Positions 13,205 to 26,537 of a stretch of DNA of 64,000 bases are shown here, piece after piece; position 1 is the first letter of the stretch, and each line of letters opens with the position of its first letter. Location of the stretch: contig NMRA01000336.1 in the NCBI GenBank assembly GCA_002633005.1, positions 146,601-210,600 of the forward strand. Reading direction: 5' to 3'. The stretch comes from Phoronis australis (Eukaryota > Animalia > Phoronida). A program made the position numbers and the translations under genes. The notes beneath the pieces are model-generated. The model made no database searches, was not told the origin of the DNA, and was given only the letters and a program-made list of their open reading frames with translations.

Positions 13205-14357
13205 GGTAACCTTAAATCGGGGACCAATTGAAATGAAACTCGGCCAGTATAATCATTAGATGCCTTTTTAGTCGTACGCGTAGCGCTTGCGACGATGACG
13301 CTCTGCTCGAACGTCATATTCTAATGAATCCGAAAGACACCCTTCAGTTGGTACTGGTCTACGTATAGGCGGATCCAGGGGTTCAAGGGGTCCGGACCCC
13401 TTTTTTCCTTTGATTTTAGTGATATCAAATCTATAATTTTCAAACTGTTGACCTAGGCCCTCCTTTTAGAAATCCTTGATCCGACACTCCCCCCCCCTTT
13501 AAAAACTCTTGGTCCCCCCTGTTACGTTTGATCTTGTGTAGTCCTAAAATTTAATATTGAAAACAATCTGTTCTCGCTCTGAAACTACGTCGTAAATGCA
13601 CAGCATCATTCAGTTGCACCTATATCGTACAATTCTGCCATATTTAATAGTATTAAACTGAGGTCTGACCAAGTCTAACGTTAAATCTGGTTTAAGATCT
13701 TAATACAGGTCTAAGCAATATATACCACGTTAGTGAAATGAAAACTGACAGACTAGGTATAAAATTGAGTTAAACCAGGTTTTACTATTCCACTGGTCCA
13801 AAAGTTAAACCACCTTTCTGAAATGCAGATTATCTTTAAACCTGGTCTAAGTCCAGTTTAAACCAGGTTTACCTTTAAACCATCTTTATGAAATCGGCTG
13901 TAGGTGTTTCAAGCCTTAGACCATAGAATTCTAGCTTGGAATGCCAACTCAGTTCTCGCGGCCGCTAAGGCTGCGCGAGCATGCTTGAGAATTGTTCGTA
14001 TTCGTTGTTCCGGTGCTATCCAATTTATTGTCCTTAAAACTTTTCGCAGCTCTATCGTTTTTTTTTCAACCGAATTGTGTAAGAAGAATTTAAACCAGCT
14101 TGACATGTTTTGGCGTAAGAGCCATATCATTAGACAATCCTTTGTCAGTTCTTTATGATTATACCAGAAGCAAAACACAAATAATTGAAAGGAGAATGCC
14201 ATCCGATTTAATTAGTCTTTTTACCGTCTTAATCGGTCTATATCATCCAAATCACCTCATATACGGTAGATCTTACCTCGACGAGAGGTGTCGCGGTAAC
14301 CTGTGAGGAAGGTGAGAAACGACGCAGCGATATCAGTGGGTCTTCTGCAGAGTGATT

Positions 14358-14570
14358 GCCGCTAAGGTGTGGTGTATCGTTCCCGCTTGTGCGAACTATG
14401 AAGCTGCGAGAAAAGAGGAAAAAATCGGGGTTTTTTCCGATTTCCTCGAGAGCCCGCAAAGCTTCGTAAGTGGCTCGCGGTAGTGAAGAATGAAAAGTAC
14501 TTCGTTAATACCAAGTGTGAGGCCGTGAAACCTCTCCGTGTCTGTCCGCGGTCTGTATTTCGTCGAATCT
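14358..14570 (+). pseudogene. THAP domain remnant of Kolobok transposase
   Basis: WCIVPACANYEAARKEEKIG/FFRFPREPAKLRKWLAVVKNEKYFVNTKCEAVKPLRVC. Confidence 0.8.
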
Positions 14571-14739
14571 CCGGGCTGTTGGTCAGTTTTTTATTGTGGA
14601 GAATTGTGGTTAGCCATGAAAAACAATTAATTAAAGGCGTGAGAACATAACGTTTTATATAACCTGTTTGAAGATTGACTCGTTCGTGAGGCTTCTGTTT
14701 GTTCCTCTGGGTGTACAAGATTTTCCCGGTTCTTTTTCT

Positions 14740-15065
14740 CGGCCTTACAAAACGTCGTGAGCACACCTATGTTTAGATGCTGTGCAAAATCAGAATGGTC
14801 CATGATACACATTTGCGTTTCTCCAAGAAGGCGTTTCACTTGCGGAATTTCGTGGCAGAAACGCAAGCGTCAGTCGTTTCCATTATTATGCAGTTAGCTC
14901 ACTGAAACCATGACAGTTAAGCCATTCAAACGGTTTTCGGAACCATCCATATGTTCCGTTGCCACTGTGCACGTTCACAAAGCCTTATTTCTTGATCAGT
15001 GCATTCCGGTTCGAACTGATAGCCTGTGAAACCTAACAATCGTCCTGTGAAGTCTTCGTCGTATG
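14740..15065 (-). pseudogene. KolX (P2X7-ballast-like) remnant
   Basis: GFTGYQFEPECTDQEI.../SWFQ*ANCIIMETTDAC/FCHEIPQVKRLLGETQMCIMDHSDFAQHLNIGVL. Confidence 0.75.
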
Positions 15066-15944
15066 AGCACTCGGCGGGATTGCGAGTTGCCACGTTGACG
15101 TTTGTTATTGTGCGTTCTGTTTCAAAATGAATTATTCTCACCCTAACCAATGCTCAATGTATGAAACAAACGAAGTTTTTCTCATTAGATACAATTTGTA
15201 ACGCCTTGGAGTGTTCGTGAGTGCAAATGTGTTGAGGTGCCAGCAATGAATGAATCACTGCGTTACCGGCTTCAGATGCAATAAACTACTTGACCGGGCA
15301 TCGAGGCCGTGTGAGCGAATGCTAATTCAGTGTTTGCTGACACAAAGCTGTTGTGAAACAATAACGCGATTTTATGTCCTTTGGTCAGATGTTAGGGAAA
15401 TCTTTAGTTAGCTATTCATATACACCTGACTTCGCGGCCCCCGACGAGCTAGTAAGTAGATTTGTAGTTTTGCGGCTAATTCACCAAAACAATCACCTGC
15501 ACATCTTTTCTTTAGCTCACTAGTATAGTCTTTTCGTGACTGGAAGTTTAGTTTCCAACTCTGGTTGGTTTATGTTCGTGATGTCTTCATTCCTGATCGG
15601 GTTCCGAGCCACTGGCCGGGATAGCAAGCTTTCTGTGTGTTTAGAATTGAAAAAAATCGCAAGTTTAAAATTAAAACACCCAGCTGAGTTCTCCTGCCTG
15701 TATTTCACGGACGAATGATTTGAATTTATCACCGAACAGACGCCAAACTCCTGAGACCGACCTTGGTGAATCGGCCTACCGAACTTTGTAGGCTACTGCA
15801 CGTTCAAATACCAAAACATGCGTAACATCGAAATAAAATAACACGTTTGTTCAATAACTCGATATCTTTGTAAGGGTTTTACATCGAATTTTGATGATTT
15901 ATTGGTGTAAAACGATGAATTAAAGCGATAAGCTGACACCAGTA

Positions 15945-18298
15945 CGGTAAAGTCGCGTGATTTTCGGACACTGAAAATTAATTCCAATAGAAAAAATTCA
16001 TTCTTGGACGAATCTCGCGAAATATCATTTTGTGGTGTCCGAATTTGGCGGACCTCCAAATTTGGGTTTCCGCTAGTGTCCGAATTTCGTGGGTGTACAT
16101 TATTTCGATGAGCGGTCGTAGTATCAACATTGCTGGCTCAGTCATTCGATAGCAGTACAATTGCAGGTAAATGAGACTCAAATGGTCTGAGCGATTAATT
16201 TTTGAAAATCTGCCTTTCCCAATAAGAAACGTGCGCCGTCGACGCACTAAGACCGTTCCCAACTAGTGTTGGTTCTTCTTTTCAAAGATGTGCTTTCTCA
16301 ATATGAAATATTCGGCTTGCATTGCCGATGCTCAAAAACCGTTCTCGGNNNNNNNNNNNNNNNNNNNNNNNNNNNNNNNNNNNNNNNNNNNNNNNNNNNN
16401 NNNNNNNNNNNNNNNNNNNNNNNNNNNNNNNNNNNNNNNNNNNNNNNNNNNNNNNNNNNNNNNNNNNNNNNNNNNNNNNNNNNNNNNNNNNNNNNNNNNN
16501 NNNNNNNNNNNNNNNNNNNNNNNNNNNNNNNNNNNNNNNNNNNNNNNNNNNNNNNNNNNNNNNNNNNNNNNNNNNNNNNNNNNNNNNNNNNNNNNNNNNN
16601 NNNNNNNNNNNNNNNNNNNNNNNNNNNNNNNNNNNNNNNNNNNNNNNNNNNNNNNNNNNNNNNNNNNNNNNNNNNNNNNNNNNNNNNNNNNNNNNNNNNN
16701 NNNNNNNNNNNNNNNNNNNNNNNNNNNNNNNNNNNNNNNNNNNNNNNNNNNNNNNNNNNNNNNNNNNNNNNNNNNNNNNNNNNNNNNNNNNNNNNNNNNN
16801 NNNNNNNNNNNNNNNNNNNNNNNNNNNNNNNNNNNNNNNNNNNNNNNNNNNNNNNNNNNNNNNNNNNNNNNNNNNNNNNNNNNNNNNNNNNNNNNNNNNN
16901 NNNNNNNNNNNNNNNNNNNNNNNNNNNNNNNNNNNNNNNNNNNNNNNNNNNNNNNNNNNNNNNTCCTGTGGAAAGTAGATATGGAACTCCGGGTCGGAAA
17001 CACCTATCAGGTTCCAAGCCCGTTGCATCGGACTCCAGGTCCTGTATTCTTGTTAGCCTACCCCTAGGACCACACGAAGCAACGACTACCAAATCTGATT
17101 CAACTGACTTGTCATTTTTAGAAATGATTGGTGGAGGATTTTCTTAGTCGCCACAGACAGAGAGTACCACAGGGTCCCGGTGTCCTTGTCGGGATTCAAC
17201 TTAATCTCGGGACACCATGGAGTTCCAGGTGTTGTACCTCAGACGGTACAGGGTCTGAATTAACAAGACCACCAGTGGATGAGCAGGCAAAATTGGGTCG
17301 CCGCAAGTTAAATCTTTTTTAGGTTTACATCTGGGGTAAAGCTCGTAACGCTAGAACTTCGCTAAAAAGCAAGAATTCATGAAAAGACGTGATGTTTTGT
17401 GTTTTTTAATTGAAAGCGTGATTTTGGCTAGATTTTTGCATTTCCCAAGACAGCTACTGAATTCTACCCTAGTCTGCTACCAGGGGCGCAAGGGTGAGAA
17501 TCTCACGAACACGCTAGACTGAAGACGTCAAGACGTATGGTGAGGCATTGCAAACGAAGCACACGATCACACTATCTTCTTTAGCGAGACTCTTGCATCT
17601 GCGATGCTTATCAGAGAGCAAGAGACAATTTGTAAGGGTAGTGAAACGTGGTTACGTGGATGTACATTAGTTTTTGATATGTGTTATAGCACACGGGCAC
17701 TATTACACAACATAGGACAGGGATGCAATGTCTCTGTAGAAATTGCGTGTGCGCCGCGCCCCTTTCTGAGTGCTGGGCGTTGCGCTATGTTACTAAAATA
17801 AAAACGTTTCGTAAACACGCAAGTTGATGTCAGGCGTGCAAGTTCAATGTCACAGTCGGAAGTCGAACAGCACGGCCTAATTAAACCAGAGCACATGTTA
17901 CGCTACAACGAAAAGTTGCAGCCTTCGGTGTATTTCCTATTTGTATTTTCATCAGAAATTTTCGTCATGCGGAACTCGGTGATTCTTTTCATAGCTAAAG
18001 CGCCAAACACAAGCTAAACGCAAGACAATCGAGTAACGGTCGTGACATCGTCAGGACAAGGTAAAAATTACAAACCCGTTATACCGATTCTCAGACTCAA
18101 GCCGTATACAGTAGTAATCATCCGTTGAACGCCTTAGTGACACGGGAGTTGCGTCGATCCCAAATTACCGTTTCTAAAAAATTTTCTTGTTTCTTGTCCG
18201 AAAGTCGTGGGTCAAAAATCCGACGTTTACGACATTGTCCGAAATTTGAGGATCGTTGAAAAACATTTTTTGACCTTGTACGAATTTCGTGGACTACG
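15945..18298. mobile_element. Tc1/mariner(pogo)-like non-autonomous insertion in Kolobok copy A
   Basis: TA on both sides, imperfect TIRs (CGGTAAAGTCGCGTGATTTTCGGACA / TGTACGAATTTCGTGGACTACG), repeated GTCCGAATTT motifs; absent at the equivalent site of copy B. Spans the gap. Confidence 0.6.
16349..16963. other. assembly gap (615 N)
   Basis: Run of N. Confidence 1.
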
Positions 18299-19252
18299 TA
18301 AGCGTGTTGTGAACTGCTGAACAGACTGCACTCGAACCTCTCACGTCATTGTGTTGATGCCGTGCATCATTATTGTCATCTCTGGTCATTGTTTCTTGTG
18401 TTTCATTTATTTATCTCAGTTTATTTTCTTTATAGATATCAGTACATCTTTCGCCGCGGTGATTGGGTTTCTTTTATTAAGCTTTTTCATTACAGTGGTT
18501 ACAATAGCATTTGCATAGATGAATAGTAGCTAGAACTGCTGGCTATTACGTATTGGCCTCTGCATGCAAGTTACGCGGGCTTTTGGCGATTGCTCTCTCA
18601 CATGTATAGCGGCATTCGTTGACAAGATCTGTAACGCGAACCATGTATTCTCCTCCGATGCTGGAATTTTTAGACTGAGCACTGACTGTCTGCCAAACTG
18701 TTGTAAGTACTGACATAGCATGCTGTGCTCGTGTGTACTACTAGTTGAGATTAGAGCGTACTATATAGTTGTTGTTTAATAGTTTCATTCAGCTGCTTGT
18801 TTGGCGTATATGTTTCGCGGCACCCGGTTCATGGGATAGTTACTGGTCGCAGTTAGGCAGTTGTTTGTGTATGGTAATTAAAAGGGTGTCCAGTACGTAT
18901 TGCAAACGTTCCAGCACGTACAGTTACTTGCAGCAACCACACTCGCCAGCCTTGCACTACACTCCCATCAAACACACACTATGATAGTATCATAGGCCGT
19001 TGGGGGGAAAGTGTCGCCGGAAAAATACGAGCGTAATTGGGCACATTACGCCGTTATTTATGCCGTTAATTACACCGTAAAATTACGAGCGTAATTTAAT
19101 TATTTAGTTTAAACTCTTGGCCAATGACGTTGGGTTTTACAATCCACGATCGCTTATAGAAATACTTATTTACTGACGGATTTCATGTCTATGATACGAG
19201 CGCTGAATCATGGCGGATCAAATCGCTGCTGCCAACATGTCAGCGATTGTGC

Positions 19253-20439
19253 TAGGCAATGACTATCGCCTCTGTTGGCCCGAACCAGAGGCGATGCAGC
19301 TCCTATAGACGCTCTGTACGCCGGAAGCTTTTCGGCGAATTATGCCTCGCACCGACTAAACTATCAAAGTCACGTTGTTATAAATACCTTTTGCGCATAG
19401 AGGAACACCTTAGGAGGTTGTCGATGTGTTTAATTCCTTCCAACTCGAACAAATACTCCCGTTATGAAACTTTTTTTTCGAGCAGTCCATATTTCAGTTC
19501 CCAAAATCGTGAAATCACCATTTTTATACTGCGCACGCTCCAATTTTTACCGCGCTCGCTAGGTGATGTGACTTCATGACCTCAATCTTTAAATAGGCCA
19601 AAGGTGAGCCATTGCGGTGTTGTCAGTCAAATGTTCGTTTCCAAAATGCCACCACTTATACTTGTCTTTAATTGGCGTTACTTGAAACTGATTGTATTTC
19701 AATGAATTATTGTTTGTATTTGATAAAGATAAATGCTGTTGATATGACATTTAATAGTTTTTGTGCACATATTTGACATTTTAATGTTTAACAACACGGC
19801 AAATGCACGGCTGGTTCCCGGCAGCACGTACGCAAAGGGCGGGAACTTCAGCTTTCAAAGTTCGCCGGTAGGACCGCGACTTCTGACCTTCGGCCTGGTT
19901 AAAAAAATGAAAATGTTGATTTCACGATTTTGGGAACTGAAATAGGGACTGCTCGAAAAAAAGTTTCATAACGGGAGTATTTGTTCGAGTTGGAAGTGTT
20001 GTAATCGTCAACATCATTCGTCCTTTATCTTTCTGTGGTGTCTTGAGATTTGTCAGTTTTATGGTTCCCCGGATGCTTGTTTTATTTAAACTGCTGGCGG
20101 GAACCCTGCTGGCAGTCTTTCAGCAAGCAATCAGGATGTCAGGGATGGGCACCTGGATTGGGTTTTACCTGAAGCTTGAATAGCTGTGTTTTAACTGGTG
20201 AGTACTTCTAGAGGCCTAGCTAGTGAACCTGCAGTAATACAACAGAAGGAATTAAACACATTGACAACCTCCTAAGGTGTTCCTCTATGCGCAAAAGGTA
20301 TTTATAACAACGTGACTTTGACGGGTTTAGTCGGTGCGAGGCATAACTTCGCCGAATATTAAAGCTTCCGGCGTACAGAGCGCCTTTTGGAGCTGCATTG
20401 CCTCTGGTTCGGGCCAATAGAGGCGATGGTCATTGCCTA
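19253..20439. mobile_element. MITE/foldback element with ~190-bp TIRs
   Basis: 19253-19440 is the near reverse complement of 20245-20439; ends TAGGCAATGAC...GTCATTGCCTA. Confidence 0.85.
19437..19996. mobile_element. nested MITE with ~90-bp TIRs
   Basis: CTTCCAACTCGAACAAATACTCCCGTTATGAAAC... / ...GTTTCATAACGGGAGTATTTGTTCGAGTTGGAAG. Confidence 0.85.
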
Positions 20440-20996
20440 CGAGCTGCCAAGCAACACTGAGTCGGGTAGTAGGTCATCACCGATGTAATTTTAGTAAAGC
20501 CCCCTCAGCCCCCCTGTGGTGCATCGCCTATAGACCGTTTGCGGCGTAGCCTGAAAAAAGTGGGGGCAAAAGCCCCGAGCCGCCTATGCCTATGGTGCGC
20601 CGCCCAAGTGATGGAACAGGAATCGAAATCACAACCGTACCTGAAATAAATTTCTACCTGTGCTGACATGTAGACTGTGATGTAAGATTGACAATGTCGT
20701 ATCGTTTCGTGAAGAAAATGGGTACCTGTATCGAATTTTCCAGTTGTGTCCTGATACCGATTTCTTCGAAAAATTCTCTTTGGGCCTTTATTCAGGAATC
20801 ACCGGTACTATCTCGCGTCACTTTCACTACGCGCTCTTTTTTAAATCTAGTTCCTACTTCCACGTACCGCCGAAATCATTATTACTGCTGATCAGATATG
20901 GAGCCTCATGAGAGATGTAAGAAAAGAGTCACGGTGAGTTGATTTTTAATCTTTGCACCATTGTTTTAGTTTCCACCGAATTACATGGTTAAACTA

Positions 20997-21637
20997 TAGT
21001 CGGGATACCTATACCGTCGTTATAGGCTCCAATGGTCGTCCGCCATCTTCGTGCAGCGCAGCCACGCGGGACATAGCGTTCCAATCTGGAGTGCTCGTCT
21101 GCACGTGAGGTACTAACAAATAAATCCAAAATGCCTGAGCCAAATATTTCAACGTAAATGTTGGGCTCAGTACTGTGTTTTGCAATAAAAAACAAGTGGA
21201 CAATATTTTGATGACGAATGCGAAATTGTTAAGCACCCAACGTGTTGCATTTGTCTGCTGCGTTTTTCCTTTGTGGGCCTAACAGGTGTCGGTTAGTGCC
21301 TGGGACGAATAGATACATTGCATAAACAATCCCTGTGTTGTTTTTTGTTCCGTCTGAACAACTTAAAACACTTAATTTCGAAAATATATTCTGAAAATGA
21401 ACAAAAAAGTGCATTAGTAAAATCTACAAGTTTTTAAGTGGTCTCAAAAAAACAGTCGGTAAATGCACCAATTTTCGTCTCAGTTCTCCCATGCGTGTTT
21501 CTTCCGAAATGTTAGTACCTAACTTGCAGACGCGCGAGCACTCTAGATTGGAACGCTAAGTCCCGCGTGGCTGCGCTGCACGCGAAAGAAGATGGCGGAC
21601 GACCATTGGCGCCTGACGACGATAGGCATCTGGACTA
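20997..21637. mobile_element. MITE with ~120-bp TIRs (TAGTC...GACTA termini, Academ-like)
   Basis: 20997-21118 is the inverted complement of 21510-21637; superfamily inferred from termini only. Confidence 0.75.
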
Positions 21638-21869
21638 TATTATTGTATTAAAGCTTGACATCATTTTCATTAGAAAATTGTTCCATAACTGCAGGGATTT
21701 AGAATCATAAATATCACACGAGCACGAACCATCTGCGAACCTGTCCTATGTTTAGTAGTACGAGCCATATATCGTGCATACGAACCCAAAAAATCGCGCA
21801 TACAACTACAAGCAAAAATTATGCACAATGATGGCCGGGTAAAGTCGAGTATTGAAAATGGCTGCCGGT

Positions 21870-22198
21870 GGAACAGGGCCTGTGTTCAGTACACTAGGAC
21901 CTACGCCGTAACATCATGTATTCTCATGGAAAATACACGGCAGTTTCTCACGAAATCTCTCGAAGTCTTGCTTTTTAGCGAGGTCTCAGTGTTACTGAAC
22001 GGGAGCCAGTATTCACTTAGTAACGGCCAATTTTCAGTTATTCAGTGAAAGCTGTTAACCGGCTGCCATTTTGAAGAGAAACCTGGCTCCTGTTCAGTAA
22101 CGCTAGGACCTTGCTAAAAAGCAAGACTTCACGTGTATTTTTAAGAAGAACACGTGACTTTGATTAGGTTTTAGCAAGCGTATAGGTACTAGCGTCTA
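21870..22198. repeat. two short MITE copies in opposite orientation
   Basis: GAAGTCTTGCTTTTTAGCGAGGTC..GTTACTGAAC.GGAGCCAG (21962-22009) vs CTGGCTCCTGTTCAGTAACGCTAGGACCTTGCTAAAAAGCAAGACTTC (22083-22130); relatives at ~17345-17420 and ~26855-26995. Confidence 0.6.
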
Positions 22199-25100
22199 CC
22201 CATACCAAAAGACCATGTTTGCCGCAAGCTTGCAACAAACATGAAGCTTGCGACAAACAATTTTGTTTGCAGCAAACCAGCCACAAAGTTTGCAAGAGTT
22301 TGCCGCTACTCACAACTCAGCCGCACACATTGCTGCAACCTTGCTGCAAACACTGAAGGTTGCAGGGATGTTGCGGCAAACTTGGTGATTGAAAAAGTGT
22401 TTGCGGGAATTAGTTGCAGGAAACTTTATTGTTAAAAAGTGTTCTCAGGAATAGGTGAAAAAGTGCTTGCACGAAATTTGCAGTAAACTTCAATGTTTGA
22501 AGTGTTAACATTAAGATTGTGACAATGTTAGGAATTGTGAAATTGTTTTTTATTTTCTAAATTTCAAAGAAACCTCAAATCCCAGAACCTAAGCAGAGCA
22601 GTTACTTATTTTAGATACTAACTTACCTAAATGTGACCTACTGTTGGGTAAGTTACATTCAACAGCAAATGCTCAAAGATGACCAAATGCGACTTAAAAC
22701 ACGAGAGAATATAACTGCATCTGTATGTACTTGGTTTTTTATTCAGTCACTATACTTAACAAGTTTTCAACTTTCATACTGCTATCAAAGTCAGTACAGC
22801 AAAATATTAAATGCAATTGCTATAAAACAACAAAGGCAGCATTACCTGCATGTTGTGTAAACAAGCATAATAAATATCAACTGAATACAAACCATACACA
22901 AATATGTGATCCAATTTTACCAAATGTGCAAGTATTAGCATTTAGAGCAATTTGTACTTTTCCAACATTTGAATTTATCTCATAATCAGGTGGTAGTAGC
23001 CACTGTAGCTGCAGTAAAATTTTGTCTATTTCGGACAAAGGTAATTGCCAAAAATTTCTCATTTTGATTTTTCTAGGACCTTTAGTATTGCTGTGAAGAC
23101 CCACAATTTTTCATAATATTGTCTGTCAGCAGCTATAGTACGGACTTAGATATGACTCGGGATTCTTGTGCTACTGCACATTATTTATGAAAAACAAGAA
23201 ATTTAATTTCACTAGTGTCCTTATATTATTGTTTTATGCTTCTAAAGTTATTGTTTATTTTAATCCTACTAGCCCATCTACATGTCGAATTGCTGGGACT
23301 GTTTTCAAGAAATGCCTCTTGGAATACATTAATGTTTAATGCCTCGAGGGCTTGGTTGTCAAGGTTACATGCCTGGGAAGTGACCTATAAGCTTTCATTT
23401 TAACCAAATTCAAACAGTTTTGGTACAGCCTAGACTCTACATGGATAACTGAAGAACTGTATGGATGTGAGTTTTGAATTTAAAATTGTATTTATGTTGA
23501 TGTGATTGTTAAGTAAAATTACTAAGACTTCATATCATTCATGAATCAGTAGTTTTGGTCTTTCAAGGAAGTTGCTTTTCTTACTGATTCAGCCAAATTG
23601 GAGGTTATAATGGTTAGGGAAAAGTACAGCACAGATTTCAATTGAGTTAACTGGGGTTGAGACCAGAATCAACTAGTTTCCAAAACGTTGTCAAAGTTAC
23701 ATGTAACCAGTCCTTCAAAATATTTCACTTAATTGAGACTGTAAAACTTAAATTTGTGTCAATTTTCACATCGCTCTCTGACTGTTTGATTCACTATAGG
23801 AACAACAAATTTTTATTTTGGTTTAATGCATGGTAACTATTGGGCACAAAATAAGATTAGCATATTGTATATTTAACTACATGGTAGATGTTTTAACTCC
23901 CATCACCTTCAGTCATTCGCCAGTTCTCAGTCTGCAGTCAAACTATTGAACACAAGTTCAACTGTCTGTTCATACATGAGCAGAAGAGCAAAAGTTCAAC
24001 ATAAAACGTAATTGAGATTCTAATAAGGCTTATCACAAATGCCTTTTTGTGGCTGATTCATTATGAAAACAACATCCTTTTGTTTGTAAGACCAAAACTA
24101 CTGATTCATGAATGAAGTCTATTAAGTAATTTTACTTAACAATCACATCAACATAAATACAATTTTCAATTCAAAACTCACATCCATACAATTCTTCAGT
24201 TATCCATGTAGAGTCTAGGCTGTACCAAAACCATTTGAATTTGGTTCAAATGAAAGCTTATAGGTCACTTCCCAGGCATGTAACCTTGACAACCACATGA
24301 TAACAGTCTCACCTGATCAACATGTGGCTGGGCTAGCATAATTTAAATAAACAATCAACAGCCCTAGAGGCATTAAACATTAATGTATTCCAAGAGGCAT
24401 TCCTTGAAAACAGTCCTAGCAGTTCAACATGTATGATTAAAATAAACAATAACCCTAGAAGCATAAAACAATAATATAAGGACACTAGTGAAATTAAATT
24501 TCTTATTTTTTCATAAATAATGTGCAGTACCACAAGAATCCTGAGTCATATCCGAGTCCGTACCATAGCTGCTGACAGACAATATTTTGAAAAATTGTAG
24601 GTCTTCACAACAATGCTAAATGTCCTTGAAAAATCAAAATGAGTAATTTTTGGAAATTATTTTTGTCTGAAATAGACAAAATTTTACTGTAGCTACAGTG
24701 GCTGCTACCACCTGATTATGAGATAATTTCAAATGTCGGAAAAGTACAAGTTGAAAACTTGTTAAGTATAGTGACTGAATAAAAAACAAAGTACATATAC
24801 ATGCAGTTATATTCTCTAGTGTTTTTGGTCGCATTTGGTCATCTTTGAGCATTTGCTGTTTTTAACAATGTAACTTATATTTAGGTAATAAGTTATCTAA
24901 AGTAACTGCCCTGCTATAGGTTCTGGGATTTGAGGTTTCTTTGAAATTTAGAAAATAAAAAACAATTTCACAATTTCTAACATTTTCACAATCTTAATGC
25001 TAACACTTTAAACATTGAAGTTTACTGCAAGTTTGGTGCAAGCACTTTTTCACCTATTCCTGAGAACACTTTCCACCAATAAAGTTTTCTGCAACTTTCC

Positions 25101-25319
25101 CGCAAACACTTTTTCACCTATAAATTTTCCTGCAACTTTCCCGCAAACACTTTTTCAATCACCAAGTTTGCCGCAACATTCCTGCAAACTTCAGTGTTTG
25201 CAGCAAGGTTGCGGCAATGTGTGTGGCTGAGTTTCGGGTAGCGGCAAACTCCTGCAAACTTTGCGGCTGGTTTGCTGCAAACAAAATTGTTTGCTGATGT
25301 ATCATGAAACCATATTGGG
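22199..25319. mobile_element. large foldback element with ~1.3-kb inverted arms, EnSpm/CMC-like
   Basis: Arm 22253-23595 is the reverse complement (with indels) of 24050-25293; CCC...GGG ends and clustered TTGCNGCAA subterminal motifs. Confidence 0.8.
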
Positions 25320-25762
25320 AACCAAAAATAGTAATCGATGAAGTATTCGACAGTTTTCAAGTATTTTAGATGAACATGGGAAAAATAAATATGTTTATAA
25401 TTGTTAAGAGTGATTTTTTTAAGTTGACCAGTAATGAGGTAATTTAAAATAAAATGCTTAAATATGCTCGACATGCTGTTCTAAGCATGCCTTTCCATGT
25501 GAAAAGGCAGATTTCATGGTTTTCTCCACTGGAATTTGACGTATTTTGCGTCATTTTCAATGCTAATAAACATCCCGTTGGGCGCATTTCAATGCTCTGT
25601 GTTGCTGTTGTTAGTTTAGTCGGGTAAATAACATCATTGTTGCAATTATTATAGATTTTGTCGTGCGTTACGAATAAAACATCTCGGTATATTGTAATTA
25701 AAGCTTGCATACATTCAAGTTAGACACAATTTTGATTGTAATACAAGTATTATTTCTAATTG

Positions 25763-26263
25763 CAGGGCTTGGAATTTTCCGCGGAATCGCGGATTTCTGC
25801 TTTTTTCAAATGTGCTTTCCGCTTTTTTTATAATATTTCCGCGTAAAAAAATCGGATTTGATATAAAATTTCCGCGGCAAATTCCTTTCTTACTGCGGCA
25901 TTGCAGACGACGTTCACCTCGAAAAGCGGAAGTTGCTCTTTATGTTTCGGAGGAATGTAAATTGTCAACATTGCCGGGGCATCTGGGACAGCGTGGTGGG
26001 ATTTTCAATGGCGTCTCGTGTTATTGTTAAGTGCGGCGACAAATACTACCGCTCTGCAGCCAAAAATGTGTGGGTTGGGAGTGGACGGGCGAGCTGAAAG
26101 GACGCAGACGCATGCTACTGATGGTGGTAACGTTTTTTTTTTTTTTTTAGTCCCGATTTTTGTCGGGGAAAGGTTCACATTGACCATTTCAAGGCTGGTT
26201 ATCGGGCATGATTTGGGCCGTAAAAGTTTCCGCGTTTTTTGTCATTGGTCATTCCAAGCCCTG
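25763..26263. mobile_element. hAT-like MITE
   Basis: CAGGGCTTGGAAT...ATTCCAAGCCCTG with TAATTG on both flanks. Confidence 0.8.
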
Positions 26264-26537
26264 TAATTGCCACTATAGACACTTTTATAATTTCTGTTAT
26301 TCGTTGTCATGTGATTTTGTTTTCATTTCTAGTCATTATACATCAGATTGAAAATTAATTATGTTAATCCAGTGTGCAGCTGATTGTGTATTTTCTTGTT
26401 TTAACAAGCTTGCATGCAATAAAAATTATGTATTTGTCAAGGGCATTTCTGCATTAAATTACTTGTGCCAAAATTCAAGTATGTTGTAGTGTTGCAGCAA
26501 TATTGTTTTCTGGTGGTTCACAAAAACTTCTATATAA

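Larger units (their letters stand above)
11968..13900 (+). mobile_element. PIF/Harbinger deletion derivative
   Basis: TIR CAGCCGATTTCATAAAG.TGGTTTA / TAAACCATCTTTATGAAATCGGCTG (CWG flanks), repeated AAACCAGGTTT subterminal motifs and an internal Myb/SANT-like remnant. Confidence 0.75.
14190..18350 (+). mobile_element. Kolobok element, copy A (right TIR missing, interrupted by an insertion)
   Basis: Starts TGAA|AGGAGAATGCCATCCGA and is collinear with copy B (34747-39472) through 15942 and again from 18301 to about 18350. Confidence 0.8.

Noticed and set aside
16266-17147. Six long ORFs of 218-293 aa
   Set aside because: Artefacts of translating through the N gap.
16964-17340. Possible LTR 3' end with primer-binding site (...GGTTTACA TCTGGGG)
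   Set aside because: The 5' part is in the gap, and no second LTR, TSD or gag/pol sequence is visible.
19259-20417. Two ORFs sharing SKSRCYKYLLRIEEHLRRLSMCLIPS
   Set aside because: The same TIR read from opposite strands.
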